In this document: in pieces, positions 1 through 11,971 of the stretch
Position numbering within the stretch: position 1 is the stretch's first letter
Layout of the letters: the number at the start of each line of letters is the position of its first letter
Assembly: GCA_964016885.1 (NCBI GenBank)
Contig: OZ024741.1
Coordinates: 191,456,001 to 191,520,000, forward strand
Direction of reading: 5' to 3'
Source: Eledone cirrhosa
Taxonomy: Eukaryota
Length of the DNA: 64,000 bases
The notes under the pieces: generated by a model
Database searches by the model: none
The model's input: the letters and a program-made list of their open reading frames with translations, nothing else
What the model was told of the DNA's origin: nothing
Program-made: the position numbers and the translations under genes

Positions 1-1860
1 CAAGAGGAAGGGCCAATTCGAAATGGATGAACAGGTCCCTGCTAGCGGCTTTTCTGTAGAAGCTGGTGTGGATGCTGCCTTCTTCTGTTACCCTGAGTTG
101 GAAGTCTAGCAAGGAGAGGGATCCAGTGTCATCATGGTGTTCCATGCTGAACCTTATGTTAACGTCCATGCTGGAGAATGTTGTGTATATTTTGTCTGCT
201 TCTTCATGGGGTGCCGTAAGGATGAGTATGTGATCTACATATTGGGTGAAAAAGGCACAGGAGTGGCAGGTTTTGGGAGCCCAACGTTCCAGCTGGTTCA
301 TATAAGTGATGGCCCGATAAGCTGGATTCCATACAAGGTCTTGTTGTCTGTCTGTATGTGTGGTGGTAGAAGGTGAAGTAAGTATTATCCACCGTGATTG
401 TTAGAAGCTGGTATATGTCTGCAGGGTGGAGGCCGTGGCAGTAAATGTTTTTGAAGACTATGCAGTCAGTCAATAAGTTGACAGCTGGGTGAGCGGGGAC
501 TGTAGTATAAAGGGAGACAACATCAAGGCTAAAGGCTATTGAGTCTAATTTGGTCTGGTTGGAGTTGGTGGAGTCTTTGTACAACTTCATCGGAACTACC
601 AACATGCCTAGGCAAGGTGGAGAGTATAGGCTTAAGGATCTGGGTCCGGAGCCAGGAAATTTTATATAGAGCTCTCTCTATGCTGGAGATTATTATTTTT
701 GTGGGTCTTAATGCGGTGGTAGAAAGTGGGCAGTCTGCTATTTCTGATGAGGAAGTTAATCTTACGTTTGTTTGGGAGTTGTCTTCTTCTGCAGATGTCA
801 GACCAGATGGTGTTGACTTGCTCTTTGATCTGAGCTGCAGTTATGTCTGCACTTTTGTGAACAGTCTATTGTCACTCAGGTGTTCAAAGGCCAAGTCGTC
901 ATAGGTGGCCTGGGAGATGATGCAGAATTCCTTCCCTTTGTCAGAGGGTAGATAGATGAGCTTCCTTTCTTGCTGGTGTTTCAGGGTGAGTTGTTGGGTC
1001 TTGGAGAGATTTGGGGTTATCCTCTTCTGTTTTTCGTCAAGCTCACGGTTGGTGGGTGGTCTAGTTGGTATATCGAGAATTTGGTGGATTTGTTTGTTTT
1101 GGTAGAGTTGTTGCCAGTGACCGATATCCATTTTAGCTGGTAGGCATCTCGGCAAACATTTGTCTCTAGGTCGAGCCATAACCTATCACACAGTCTCTGT
1201 TTTAGTATGAATCTGGGACCAAGACTGAGGAGAGAGATTCTATCAGGTCCATGATGAGGTGTCTTGCATCAAGTGGTGTGCTGTTGGTCGGTGCACTGCT
1301 AGGCTCAGTTTTGGTGCTGTCCTGTCTGCCTCTGTTGGTGTTTGAGGGGGGCTGTTAACAAGATGACCTACCGTGCTGAGTTTAAGGAATTTTCGCTTTA
1401 AGCATTTTTTCTCGTGATCTAGACGGTGGTGGTAGCATCTGTCTATAACAGCGGTAGTCACTCTGAACAGGTGGTCTGGGGTTTTAGAAAGTTCAGGTAA
1501 TAAGCTGGAAATTTTCTGTGTGTTGCTGTAGCGTGCGGTGTAGGTGTTGTATGAGTTTTTTTTATGCAGAACTTGTGTATATAGCTCAGTGACCATTTAA
1601 GGCATGGTGATTTGAAGCATGTTGGTAAGTGTAGGTTTCTAATTGTTTTTGGAACAATGTTGTTTTTAAGGCATCGTTTGAGGAAGTTTATTTGGCAGCT
1701 GTCTTTAGCACACCTCTCCGACAGCTGGAAGAGTTCCTTTGTGGTTGTAAACTGAGCCTGGTTCAGGCATAAGGAAAGAAGGAATTTGTAGTTTACTTGA
1801 AGCATTGTATATGGTATATAGCATTCGAAGTTGGAAAGCCATGACAATGCAAGTTAGGAC
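1..1860 (-). mobile_element. Penelope-like element (PLE), degenerate N-terminal region and reverse transcriptase, running off the left edge
   Basis: Minus-strand ORF pieces QINFLKRCLKNNIVPK (1458-1847), LPSDKGKEF (841-1179) and FSLDVVSLYTTVP...NTYFTF (204-605). Positions 1-130 read SLSLLDFQL...TSFYRK. These are PLE RT motifs, broken by frameshifts. Confidence 0.85.
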
Positions 1861-1920
1861 AGAGAAAAAATTTAAAACATAAGAAATAGGGTTAGTTTTC
1901 TATGTTAATTTATTCATATA

Positions 1921-1953
1921 TCCTGATATTTCAAGATATCTCTTCATCCAAGG
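1921..1953 (-). ncRNA. Degenerate minimal hammerhead-like motif (PLE pLTR remnant)
   Basis: Minus strand reads CCU-UGGAUGA-A-GAGA-UA-UCUU-GAAA-UAUC-AGG. Stems I and II and GAAA..UC are present but the core is mutated. It lies just 5' of the PLE ORF. Confidence 0.4.
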
Positions 1954-2454
1954 AAAATAAAGGAACTATTCCAGTGGCCAATGTGGCTTGCTATACCATG
2001 CTTGCCAGAAGTGGTTTTATTATTTATTTTATTTATTTATTTATTTATTTATTTGTTTTACCTATTTTTTTTTTTTTTTTTTTAAAGATTTCTACACAGT
2101 TTTCTGTCTACCAAATTTCACTGGCTATGCCTTAGTCAACTTAAAAGCTATGGCAGAAGATGTTTATCCAAGGTTCCACACCATGGAATTGAACCTGGAC
2201 TGATATGTTTGTAAAGTGAACTTCTTACCAAACAGTCACAGTTTTACCCAATTCTAATCTGATGACACCACATGAAATATAATAAATATATTGAAATGTT
2301 CTAGAATCCTTCAGAGTTGAATTTGTTTGGCAAGTGACTTCATCTGAGACAATGTGTTGAAAATGAAGCAATTACATCATGGAAGAGTTATTTTAATAAT
2401 CAAAAAAATAATACACACAAAAATAATTATATTCACTATTCACTTATTGTGAAA

Positions 2455-2730
2455 GTGTATGGCCTAGTGGTAAGGGTGTTGGACTTATGATCATAATGTT
2501 GTGGGTTTGATTCTTAAGCTTGGTTGTGTGTTGTGTTCTTGAGCAAAACACTTCATTTCACATTACTCCAGTATACTCAGCTGAAAATGAGTACCAGCAA
2601 TAGCTGGGGATTTAACCTGCGATGGCATGGCATCCTGCCTAGGAGGAAGTCTTGTACTCTCAGTTGCTTTATGCCATGAAACTGGGATAAGCACCAGCCT
2701 GATGAGTCTCCTGGTTTGAGAGAGAGACTT
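2455..2730 (+). mobile_element. tRNA-derived SINE (old copy)
   Basis: A-box-like tggcctagtggtaag, B-box-like ggtttgattc, then the central domain gtgttcttgagcaaaacacttcatttcac...ctccagt...ctcagctg, also seen inverted at 36325-36435. Confidence 0.6.
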
Positions 2731-2965
2731 TAAATTCACTTATTTCATGCTATCAAAATATTCATCATACCTCTGTGGCCTGGTCACTAGCACAATTGCA
2801 TTGTAACCAATGGCTGGTTGCTGAGTTGCAGTAAAAGTTATGGTACCATGAAAAGTGAATATAATAGTTTTTTGTGTTTTTTACAAGGCTAAATAAACAG
2901 ATTTTCTAGAAAACTTACCTTAAACCTATTGCAATCTTTAATTTTTATATTTTTGCATGTTGTAG

Positions 2966-3052
2966 ATAGAAATACCTGACATTGGAGATTTACACAAGAT
3001 CTTGGTTCGTTGTGATGGTAAAGGTTTGTTTGCAGGCTGGTTCCTACATAAG
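2966..3052 (+). CDS. LOXHD1: Exon of a multi-PLAT-domain protein (LOXHD1-like)
   Basis: tgtag|ATA...AAG|gtaaag. The 87 nt encode IEIPDIGDLHKILVRCDGKGLFAGWFLHK, matching the PLAT pattern D-[IL]-G-x-L...G...W-F-L. Phase 0 joins the next exon. Confidence 0.85.
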
Positions 3053-3059
3053 GTAAAGA

Positions 3060-3325
3060 AAGCTTATTTTTAGATGTTACATTTTTCCTTCACTGCTTTC
3101 ATTGATCCAGGCAATATTTCATCAAACTCTAAGATTTCTAAATATTTGTAAACCATCATCATTTGGGTCACCCAATCATTCACCAGATGGGATTTTTCCC
3201 CCATTTTCATATTGACAACTGCACATTTTGCAACACCAATTCTATGTCCTAGCTGCACCTTCAGACTGTCTGTACTTCAAAAACAGTTTCAAACTGTCCA
3301 TAAACAACAGGTGGTTTAAGTATAT
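3060..3325 (-). mobile_element. Short Dong/R4-type LINE RT fragment
   Basis: Minus strand reads LNHLLFMDSLKLF...G..KCAVVNMKMG...YKYLEILE. Confidence 0.55.
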
Positions 3326-3332
3326 TATTACT

Positions 3333-3518
3333 TTGGCAGTATCGGTAGAGAATCGGACACCATGCTTTGAAGCATAGAGTTATGTCCCTTTATGATCTGA
3401 GTTCAAATCCCGCCGAGGTTAACTTTGCTTTTCATCCTTACGGGGTCGATAAAATAAAGTACCAGTAATGCACTGGGTAATTGCTGGCCTTGTGCCAAAA
3501 AGTAAAAACAATTATTAT
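3333..3518 (+). mobile_element. SINE family A (tRNA-like head, conserved central domain, ATT tail)
   Basis: ttggcagtatcggtagag...gagttcaaatcccgccgaggttaactttgc..ttcatccttacggggtcgataaaataaagtaccag...aacaattatt. About ten copies or fragments occur in the window. Confidence 0.85.
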
Positions 3519-3539
3519 TTGAAACTTCCTTTTAATTCT

Positions 3540-6500
3540 ACTTCTTTCCCAAACCATATTGAGTGTCAACCTGACACCTGGGGCAACATTTTATAATACG
3601 CACATTTTACAGATGATGTCACAAGGGCACAAACAACAGTAAATGTATTTGCAAGGTTTTTAAATTGATAATGCCCTTCTCAGGACATGGACAATGCCAG
3701 TCAGCACTATTTTCTGTATAGCTTGCAGAGATGGCTTTCCAGGTATTCAGTCCAAATATTTTTCAGTGCCCTTTTTTATTATTCCAAATGCACTGATATT
3801 GTACAGGCTTTAAGATGCCACATTTTTTTAATTTCAATTGATAGATCTTAATACTTCTTGAGATTTCCAAACTCTTTCAAGGAGATATTACGATCTGATG
3901 GAATGTTCATGTCAATTAAGAAACATGTTTTCTCTTTATGGTCCTTTACAATTATATCAGGTCTGTTGGCTTTGATTGTTCTGTCAGTATTCACAGCGAA
4001 ATCCCAGAGGATTGTCATGTTCTCGCCCCCTGTTACTGCATCTGGGTGATGGTTGTACCATTTTCCCTCTGTTTTCAGACTATAACACCTGCACATTATC
4101 CAGTGTAAGTATTACCCCACTCTATCATGCCTCGTTTTATATTCTTAGGGAAATGATACCTTGCAACTTGAAACCAAGTGGTCAATGGTCTCAACATGGT
4201 CATTACAGAATTGGTACTTTGGGTCAATTCCATTTCTGATCACATTGGCTTGAAAGTTGTGTGTTGGAAGACACTGTTCTTGTGAAGCCTCACTCTCTGC
4301 CTTTAGCCCAGAACTCCGCAGTCACTGATGGGTGAGAGTTTGATCTACATCAGGTTCTTTTCTATGGGGAACATACTGCTCATGCATTGGTTTTTGCTCC
4401 CATTTAGTGTACAGTCTCTGTTGGCCTTCATGTTTTGCCAACACTTTGAGAATCTTTGCGGCTTTAATTGTAGAATTGCCATCATTTTCAAACTGTATTC
4501 CCAGTTCTTCTGCAAACTTCCTACTTTCCTTTGTGACTGAATGTAACCTCTTCCCTACCTTCATGAACTGTGACCATTTTCATCATCCAGTCATCTGTAG
4601 TTTTAATGTACTGATTGAGTCCAATGGTTGATATCCTGTATGAAAGCTCTAGCTGGATCATTCCTCTACCTCCATTTTGTCTAGGGAGATAGAGGCAATC
4701 CACATCTACTTTTTGGGTGATATATTCTATTACAGGTCAAACGTTTTCTCATTTTGGTGTCCATTCTCTTAATTTTATTAACATTCCAATTTATGATATT
4801 GAAACTGGGATTGCCAGTGCGTTTATGGCAGATAATTTATATCTCAAGTTGAGCTTCGTTTTCAAAACAGTATGCACTCTCCAGCAGCATTCCTTCCTGA
4901 TTCTCTCTTTCATGCTGGCATGGTGAATACCTTGGCCTTCATTGATCCCTAGATATCTGTAGGCTTGGTCCTGTTCTAGTTCCCTAATTATTGTATTCAC
5001 ATCTATTTCCATTGAGTTTATGCTTGTCATTCTGCCTTCCTTGAATGTTGCTTTGGTGCATTTTCCAGTCCAAACTCCATCCCCACATCATTGCTGATCA
5101 CTTTGACTGTCTTCAGCAGTCCTTCCAATTCTTTGTCATTTTTGGCATACAACTTCAAGTCTTCCATATAAAACAGGTGATTTATGGTTTGGTTTCTGTA
5201 TTGTAGCCACCATTTGTTTTGTTGTTGAAACCTAAAGACAGCAGTGTGAGTGCAGTGAAAAATATCAGAGAAGAAAAAGAATCACTTTGAAAAACACCAC
5301 AGTTAATACTTTCTTATGCTGCTGGAATTTATAGTGCCATCACTGTGTATTCCATATAGACATTTTGTATATTCAGGAACACTGTCAAATGCTTTCTTAT
5401 AGTCAATCCAAACAGAACTCAGATTTCTATACTTGTTATGACAGTTTTCCAGAATCATACAGTTAATGAGAAGTTGATCTTTGCATCCGTAAGATCTATG
5501 GCGACAACCTTTCTGCTCAATAAGGAATAGATGATTTTCATCTATAAATTTGTAGGTTGTCTCAGTCAAGGTTGAGGTGAGAATTTTGTATGATGGGGGG
5601 TGGCAAGTGATAAGACGATAATTTTTTGGAGTATTTGTTTCTGTCGTCTTTACCAACATATCATAGGTAGCAGTTAGGAAAGATAACCAGAAGTTTGGCA
5701 CTATATCAATGCCAGGAGATTTCCATTTGTTGGCTTTCTTTAGTGCCAATTCCAGTTCTTTCACAGTTGTGTCTTGCTAAGTTTGCCTTTCTAAATCTTT
5801 GTATGTTTCTTCCATGTTCTTTATCCATTCTGCATTTGCATTATATGATTTTTATGTACTCCATACTGGTTTCCAGAATTCTTCAATTTCATGAATTGAA
5901 GGAGGTTCCTTTACTTGAATTGTCTGTGTCCTATAAAACCTTTCAGCATAAAATATAAACAGCTAATTTTGCCTGTAAAACCTATTTCACTTTTCAAATC
6001 TTCTGCTTCTTTGAGCTTTCAGCTGTACTTTCTATCTCAGGGTTTCTTTGATTGGTGGAACATCAGGTTTTGAAGTTACATTGTATTTCGTAATCACTTA
6101 CCTTCCTTCTCTTGATTTGACAGGTTTCCCAGCACAGATTTCATCCAGGATTGATATTTCTCTCCTCATCATTTCAAATTCTTTCTTAATCTTTATCTTC
6201 AAGGGTGGTTTCGTGAGTGTTGTTTCCTTTTCGTTTTTTCCTTAACTCACATTTCCTTTCTATTACCATTTCTGCTGCATAAATAACCTCATTCAATTCT
6301 GATATATCAGACTCCACCTCTTCAATTATTTCTTTAACAACCTGATTTCCAGTTCTTATGTGTCTTTTGTTCTGGTTGTTGCTTGTCAATTTTGTAAGGA
6401 CTCTCTTTCACCCATACTATGTTTTTTTTTAAATATTCCCAGGTCATTGAGAATTTATTGTTTTGTTTGTTCTATCTGATATTATGTTCATGAGTAGAAA

Positions 6501-7290
6501 TATCCTCATCCATATTGTCAACCTGCCCTTCAGCTTGACCCTGTTCTATTGTGTTTATGATACCTTCAATGTTCTGTGAAATATCTCCTTGTGGTAACAT
6601 AGTCAATACATTTTGTGTTGTCACTTCTGTCACATATTTATTCCTATCCCTTTCTGATATTGGTATTTCCAAATCTTTTTCAACTTTCATCTTAATTTTA
6701 TTCAACTCTGCCTCTGTTAATCTCTTGTTTCTAAGAATATCTCTTCTTACATTTGAAAGTTTGTTTTCGTCCCTTTTCTGGATTTCTTTCCCTCCATACC
6801 CTAAAAGAATTTACTGTGTGTTTTAATTCTGTTGGTTTGCCTAATGAGTGATAGAATGCATATATCACTTCCTTATACCCTTGTCGAGCCTTCTTGAGTC
6901 TTTGATACGTCAATTTTTTTGTTTTTCTTGTGGTGTTGACCTTGAAGGGCTTGGTTGAGATTATTCTTGTTCAAGTGACAATTCAAGTCCATATTTGGAA
7001 AATAACTCGTTTCAGCTGTAGGCTTTTCGACCTTAGTCTGAATCCTCCCTGAGGGATGCAGTCCTTGTTGACCCTGGTGACGACCGATCTGGTATGTGTT
7101 TTTGTCTGTAGACATTGTGGGGCTTTTTTTTGTTGTTTCTTTATGCATTCTATCCTTTTTCTCCAAGGGATAATTTTGTTCAAGATATCACCTCTAGGAC
7201 GAATATCAACCAAGATTAGTGAGCTCATCCTGCCCATTATTATTAGTGCTTTCCTTAATGTTTTCTTCATGTAAACATTTTGTGGGAGGT
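3540..7290 (-). mobile_element. Dong/R4-type LINE (RT plus restriction-like endonuclease), near full length, degenerate
   Basis: Motifs in order: WKSPGID, EQKGC, WIDYKKAFDSVP, HLFYMEDLKLYA, YRYLG, LYLPRQNGGRG, ILWDF..TDRTIKANRPDII..LIDMNIPSD (PD..D endonuclease). Many stops and frameshifts. Confidence 0.85.
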
Positions 7291-7699
7291 AAAGAAATCA
7301 TTATCATCAGCAGCAGCATCTGCCACTATCATTAGTAATCCTATTATCACAATTACTGTTGCTGTTGTTGCTACCCTCTGTAGTCTTGAGTTTTCAGCAG
7401 CAACCCAGACATAGTCAGATGTTTTAGCCCCCCTCTCTGACTCTGGGCTACCATATTATTTTGTTGGTCATAGGGAGAAGCTGTTACTATCATTCATGGT
7501 ATTTTATTGGTCTACCAGAGATGCATGGTTACTGTATTCAGGTGGTCAAGACAGGTGCTGATTAAAGAAGTGTTGTAAAGTAAAAGCAACAATAACAGAC
7601 ACAGTAGTAACAGAAACGGAGAGGAAAAGGGAGAGAGCCCAACAGCACAGAAAGAGAAGGTGGAGCTCTCTCCCTCTCTGTCTCTACTGAGTCTGTTAT

Positions 7700-8555
7700 A
7701 TTTGCTGTCAACACCCACTTCATGGAGGACCGGGAATGCTATGGCTACACTAAGGTTACAACATCTCCATCTCTTCCTGAATGATGAACATGTCTGATCA
7801 CCGTTTGCAAAATGCATCTTATCTCAGTTACCTTCCTTGATGGAGTCCTGGGTGAAGCAGAGACTGAAGGGGAGCACTTGGAAATTGGAATGTCTTCAAG
7901 CATTCACAGACCTCCACTAATCAGGCAGTATGATCAGTGAATACTCTACCACAGCGTTCTATAGAGGGTTAGTGGCCAATAAGAGTGATAATATTCTTGG
8001 GGAAACTCTCAGCGTCAACGAAAATCAACTAGTCACTCCTTTCGGGAGGACTTTCGTTCTAGGGCCCATGGACAATTTCCAGAAATCCCTGGCCTGGCAG
8101 TGCTACCAGGGAGCTTTGCCAGTTCAGAATAAACTCTACAGGGTATATCCAAGATGTGTATACCATCCTGTATGCAATCGTTTAGTATCTGAGCATTGTT
8201 AGTTTGTGGGTTTATGTCGAACACTTGCAGCCACATGTAGGACAAATCTGACTATTGGTTGACTCCACTGTGAAGATTGCCCCACCATCTTCCTTAAATA
8301 AAGAAGGGAAGGCTATTTTTATCTGTCTTGTGGCCATGGCAAAAAAGGTTGTATACTAGACTCGCTTGAAAGGATTGAAGATGAGCACTTTTCAGTGAGC
8401 ACTGATTAACTTCTTCAGGTTCCACTGGAAGAGGAAAATCAGTGTGGAGAGGGAAGTGCTTATTTCAGAGCAATTTGTTGAAAGGTGGATGAGAGAAGCA
8501 AGCATGGTCCGAGTGAATGGGCCCACTCTGAGTGTAATCCTGTAAACCAAAGGTC
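7700..8555 (+). mobile_element. C-terminal fragment of an L1/Tx1-like LINE ORF2
   Basis: ORF 7930-8202 contains FQKSLAWQCYQGALPVQNKL..YPRC, resembling the zf-RVT-type C-terminal region of L1/Tx1 ORF2. Confidence 0.5.
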
Positions 8556-8559
8556 CTTT

Positions 8560-10680
8560 GAGTTGTGCATTCGCTTTCAACTTTCCAACACCCTTCTTAG
8601 ACTTATTTCTGTTCCCAGTAAAGCTGTTTTCTGCAACAATCCTGTTCTGATGGAAATTCCTAACTTCACAAGTCATACATCCAACCTTCTACTAACTGCT
8701 CCCAGTGCGACAACCACAATCGGTACCACTTCTATGTGTCTGATTCTCCATAGTTTCCTGATTTCTCTCTTCAGCTCCTGGTATTTCTCAACTTTCTCAC
8801 TTCCCTTCTCATTCACCCTGTGGTCTCACAGTGAAGCAATATCCACAATACATGCCTTGTTATTCTTTTCTGCAACAACAATGTCAGGCTTTCTAGCCAC
8901 GATAAAATGGTCATGTCCCACAAAATCTTATACTGTTCACTTTCAGCCACCCTTTCCAGTTGGTATTCATACCATTTGTCACTTCTGCTCATATCATGCT
9001 TATGACAGAGCTTCCAATGAACCAATCTGCCAATGGTGTGCCTTCTCTTGTACTCTTTCTGAGCAAGCATCTTACATTCACTAATAATGGTGTTTATTGT
9101 CTCACCTTTCTCACCACACAGCCTACAAGGTGGGGAATTCACTGACTTATCAATATTGAACTTGATATATGTCATTCTCAGTGCCTGTTCCTGGGCTACA
9201 AAAATAAGTGCCTCAGTTTAACTTTTAAGTCACCTTTCCTAGTTTATTCCCAGTTCCTATCTTTGTCAACTGTCTCAGGCATTTCACGTACGAATTGACC
9301 ATAGATTTTTTTTCTTCCATCAATTCAATGTGTCATTCTGTCTGTCTTGTTTAAATTCTCCCTTTCCATTGCTTTATCACTGTTTAGGACTTTTATCTTT
9401 CTTACTCCTGCCATCAATCTCTCCTTTGAATTCTTTACATACCATGCCAGATTATTTTCCTTTGACTTCACATACATTTCACGACTAATGAGACCTCTTC
9501 CTCCTTTCTGTCGTGAGAGATACAACCTGTCCATGTTACTTTTAGGGTGGTGTCATCATTTTCCTGGTTTCCTTGTGGTGTCATCATTTTCCTGGTTTTT
9601 CTATCAAGCTCCTTAATTTATCACACCAGCACTTAACCTTAGCACTGCAACAGCCCATGTGTTGATATAGCCAGTATCTTATTCCTACCACTTAACTTTG
9701 TCTTTAACACCAACTTTAATCTCTGTTTATATTCCTTTGATAATAGTTCTTTCATTTCCAGGATGCCTAAGTATTATACCCAATGTCATCAATACCCTTC
9801 ATAACTTGTCCATCTGGTAATTCAATTCCTTCCATCTTATCAATTCTACCTCGCTTCAGTAGTAGCACCCCACACTTTTTTATGCCAAATTCCATTCCTA
9901 TGTCTGTACTGAATGTAAGAACTCTCTGTACAAGGGAATCAATATGTTCATAGGATTTCCCATAAAGTTTTAGGTCATCCATGAACAACAGATGGTTTAT
10001 CCTTAACTCACGTCCTCCCCACTCGTAGCCAGCCTTTGACCTCAACACCATTGAAAGTGGAACCATTCACAGTACAAACAACAAAAGTGAAAGACTGTCT
10101 CCATGAAATATTCCGCTCTTGATCTTCACAACTCCCAATGTTTATCTACATGGTGTCAGCTCAGTCTCCCAACCATCCATACTGCTCATAGAAACTGTCT
10201 AATGTTAGCTGCAATACCAAATATTTCCAAACATTCTACTATCCAACTATGTGGCACCATGTTGTAAGCCTTGCAGTAATCAATCCAGGCCATGACAAGA
10301 TTTGTGTGTCTCCTTTTACAATATTTAAGGATCACCTTATCAATCGACAATTGATCCTTAGTTCCCCTGCTTCTTCTCCTACATCCCTTCTGCTCTACAG
10401 GTAGTGTCTTCTCCAGGTATTCATACATTGGCTCAGCAATGACACCTGTCATAAGTTTCCAAATAAGAAGGTGGCAAGAGATAGGTCTAAAGTTGTCAAC
10501 TTCATTTCCATTGCTGGGTCCTTCAAAGACAAGGTCATTCTCCCAAAGGTTAACCATTCTGGCACCCTCTCTTCTCTATTGAAGATCTTATTCAGTTGCT
10601 CAGCAATTCTCCCATGAGGGTCCCTCAGCTTTTTCAACCAGAATCCTTGCACATCATCTCTGCTGGGAGCTGATTAAATT
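8560..10680 (-). mobile_element. Second Dong/R4-type LINE, degenerate
   Basis: [86 protein letters not shown]. Confidence 0.85.
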
Positions 10681-11919
10681 GTTGGTTTCTGTGATGGTTA
10701 GATTGGCACCTTGTCAAGGATGTTGTTCGCTTTGTTAGTTATTTCATTTAGCTGACATTGGTTTCCTTTCTGAACATTTTTTGGATTACTGCCTCAGAGT
10801 TTAGCAAATGTTGGAACTCTGTTTTGATTTTTTTTTTCCGCTACACATTTTTCACCATCCCCCTTCCTTCCTTTTAGCTCATTCATCTCATGAGTGGACT
10901 GACATGTGGAAGGATTGACTTTTATTTATATAGTCTAGCTGGCCTCCTGTGTCAAAAATGATGGTTAATTGTAATATCTATACATGTTTGTTTGTTGGTT
11001 GGCTGGTTAGTTGGCTGGTTCCTTCACATTCACACACACAAGTGATACAAACATACAAACACACAGCTATGTTGAATGAATAGGAGGTAAGGCAGAAGAG
11101 GTAAGGAGGAAAGAAGAAGAGACAAAGAGAGATAGAACAAGAGGAGCAAAAACAGAAAGAAGGATTTGTGAATGAGAAAGAGAAAGAGCGGGTAGTAGAA
11201 AGTGCAGAGTAAGATGGGGAGGGGACAAAAAGAATGAGAGAGTGTGATTATAGGAGGGAAATAGCAACATTGAGAAAGAAACAAAGAAGGAAGGAGAAAA
11301 GAGAGAGAGACAGAGAAAAGGCTGTGGGAGAGAAGAGATTATTTTTCCTTATCAATGTTTTATTATGAAGTTGTGAATGTAATTATGGCGAATACATTGA
11401 TGTTTCATTGTCGGGTGTTATTAATTGTTCAAGATATTTTTACCTGGTAGACTTGAAGTCTTCTGTATGTCCCCTTGACTGTAAAATTGATCTGCAATTT
11501 TATTCCAGTGACCATCAATAATGACAGCAATAGTATTGAATGTATTTAAGTTTTAGAGACTAGGTTTGATATGCAGAAATTACCAGGATAACTGGATACA
11601 GGAAGAATCATCTCCAAATTTAGAAATTCATATTTTCATAAATAAGTTATTTACATAAGAGAAACCCTATAGTTTATGTTGATTACTGACACATAGAAGT
11701 GATTAAAGATGAAAATGATATTTTGATAATATATTTCTAGAATATAATTACATAAATGTTCAGCATATATGGACAGATGACATACAGGGATAAATGTATG
11801 AGTAACTTTGGAGAAATAACTTTTTACAGGGACAAATGTAGGTTTAGAACCCAGGACCTTGTGGTTGGAAAGTAATACATGTGTATCTGTGTGTATAAAT
11901 ATACATTATAGTGTAATGA

Positions 11920-11964
<45 letters not shown>

Positions 11965-11971
<7 letters not shown>

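Noticed and set aside
11030-11340. Hydrophobic ORFs resembling membrane proteins
   Set aside because: They come from low-complexity purine-rich (GA) sequence.
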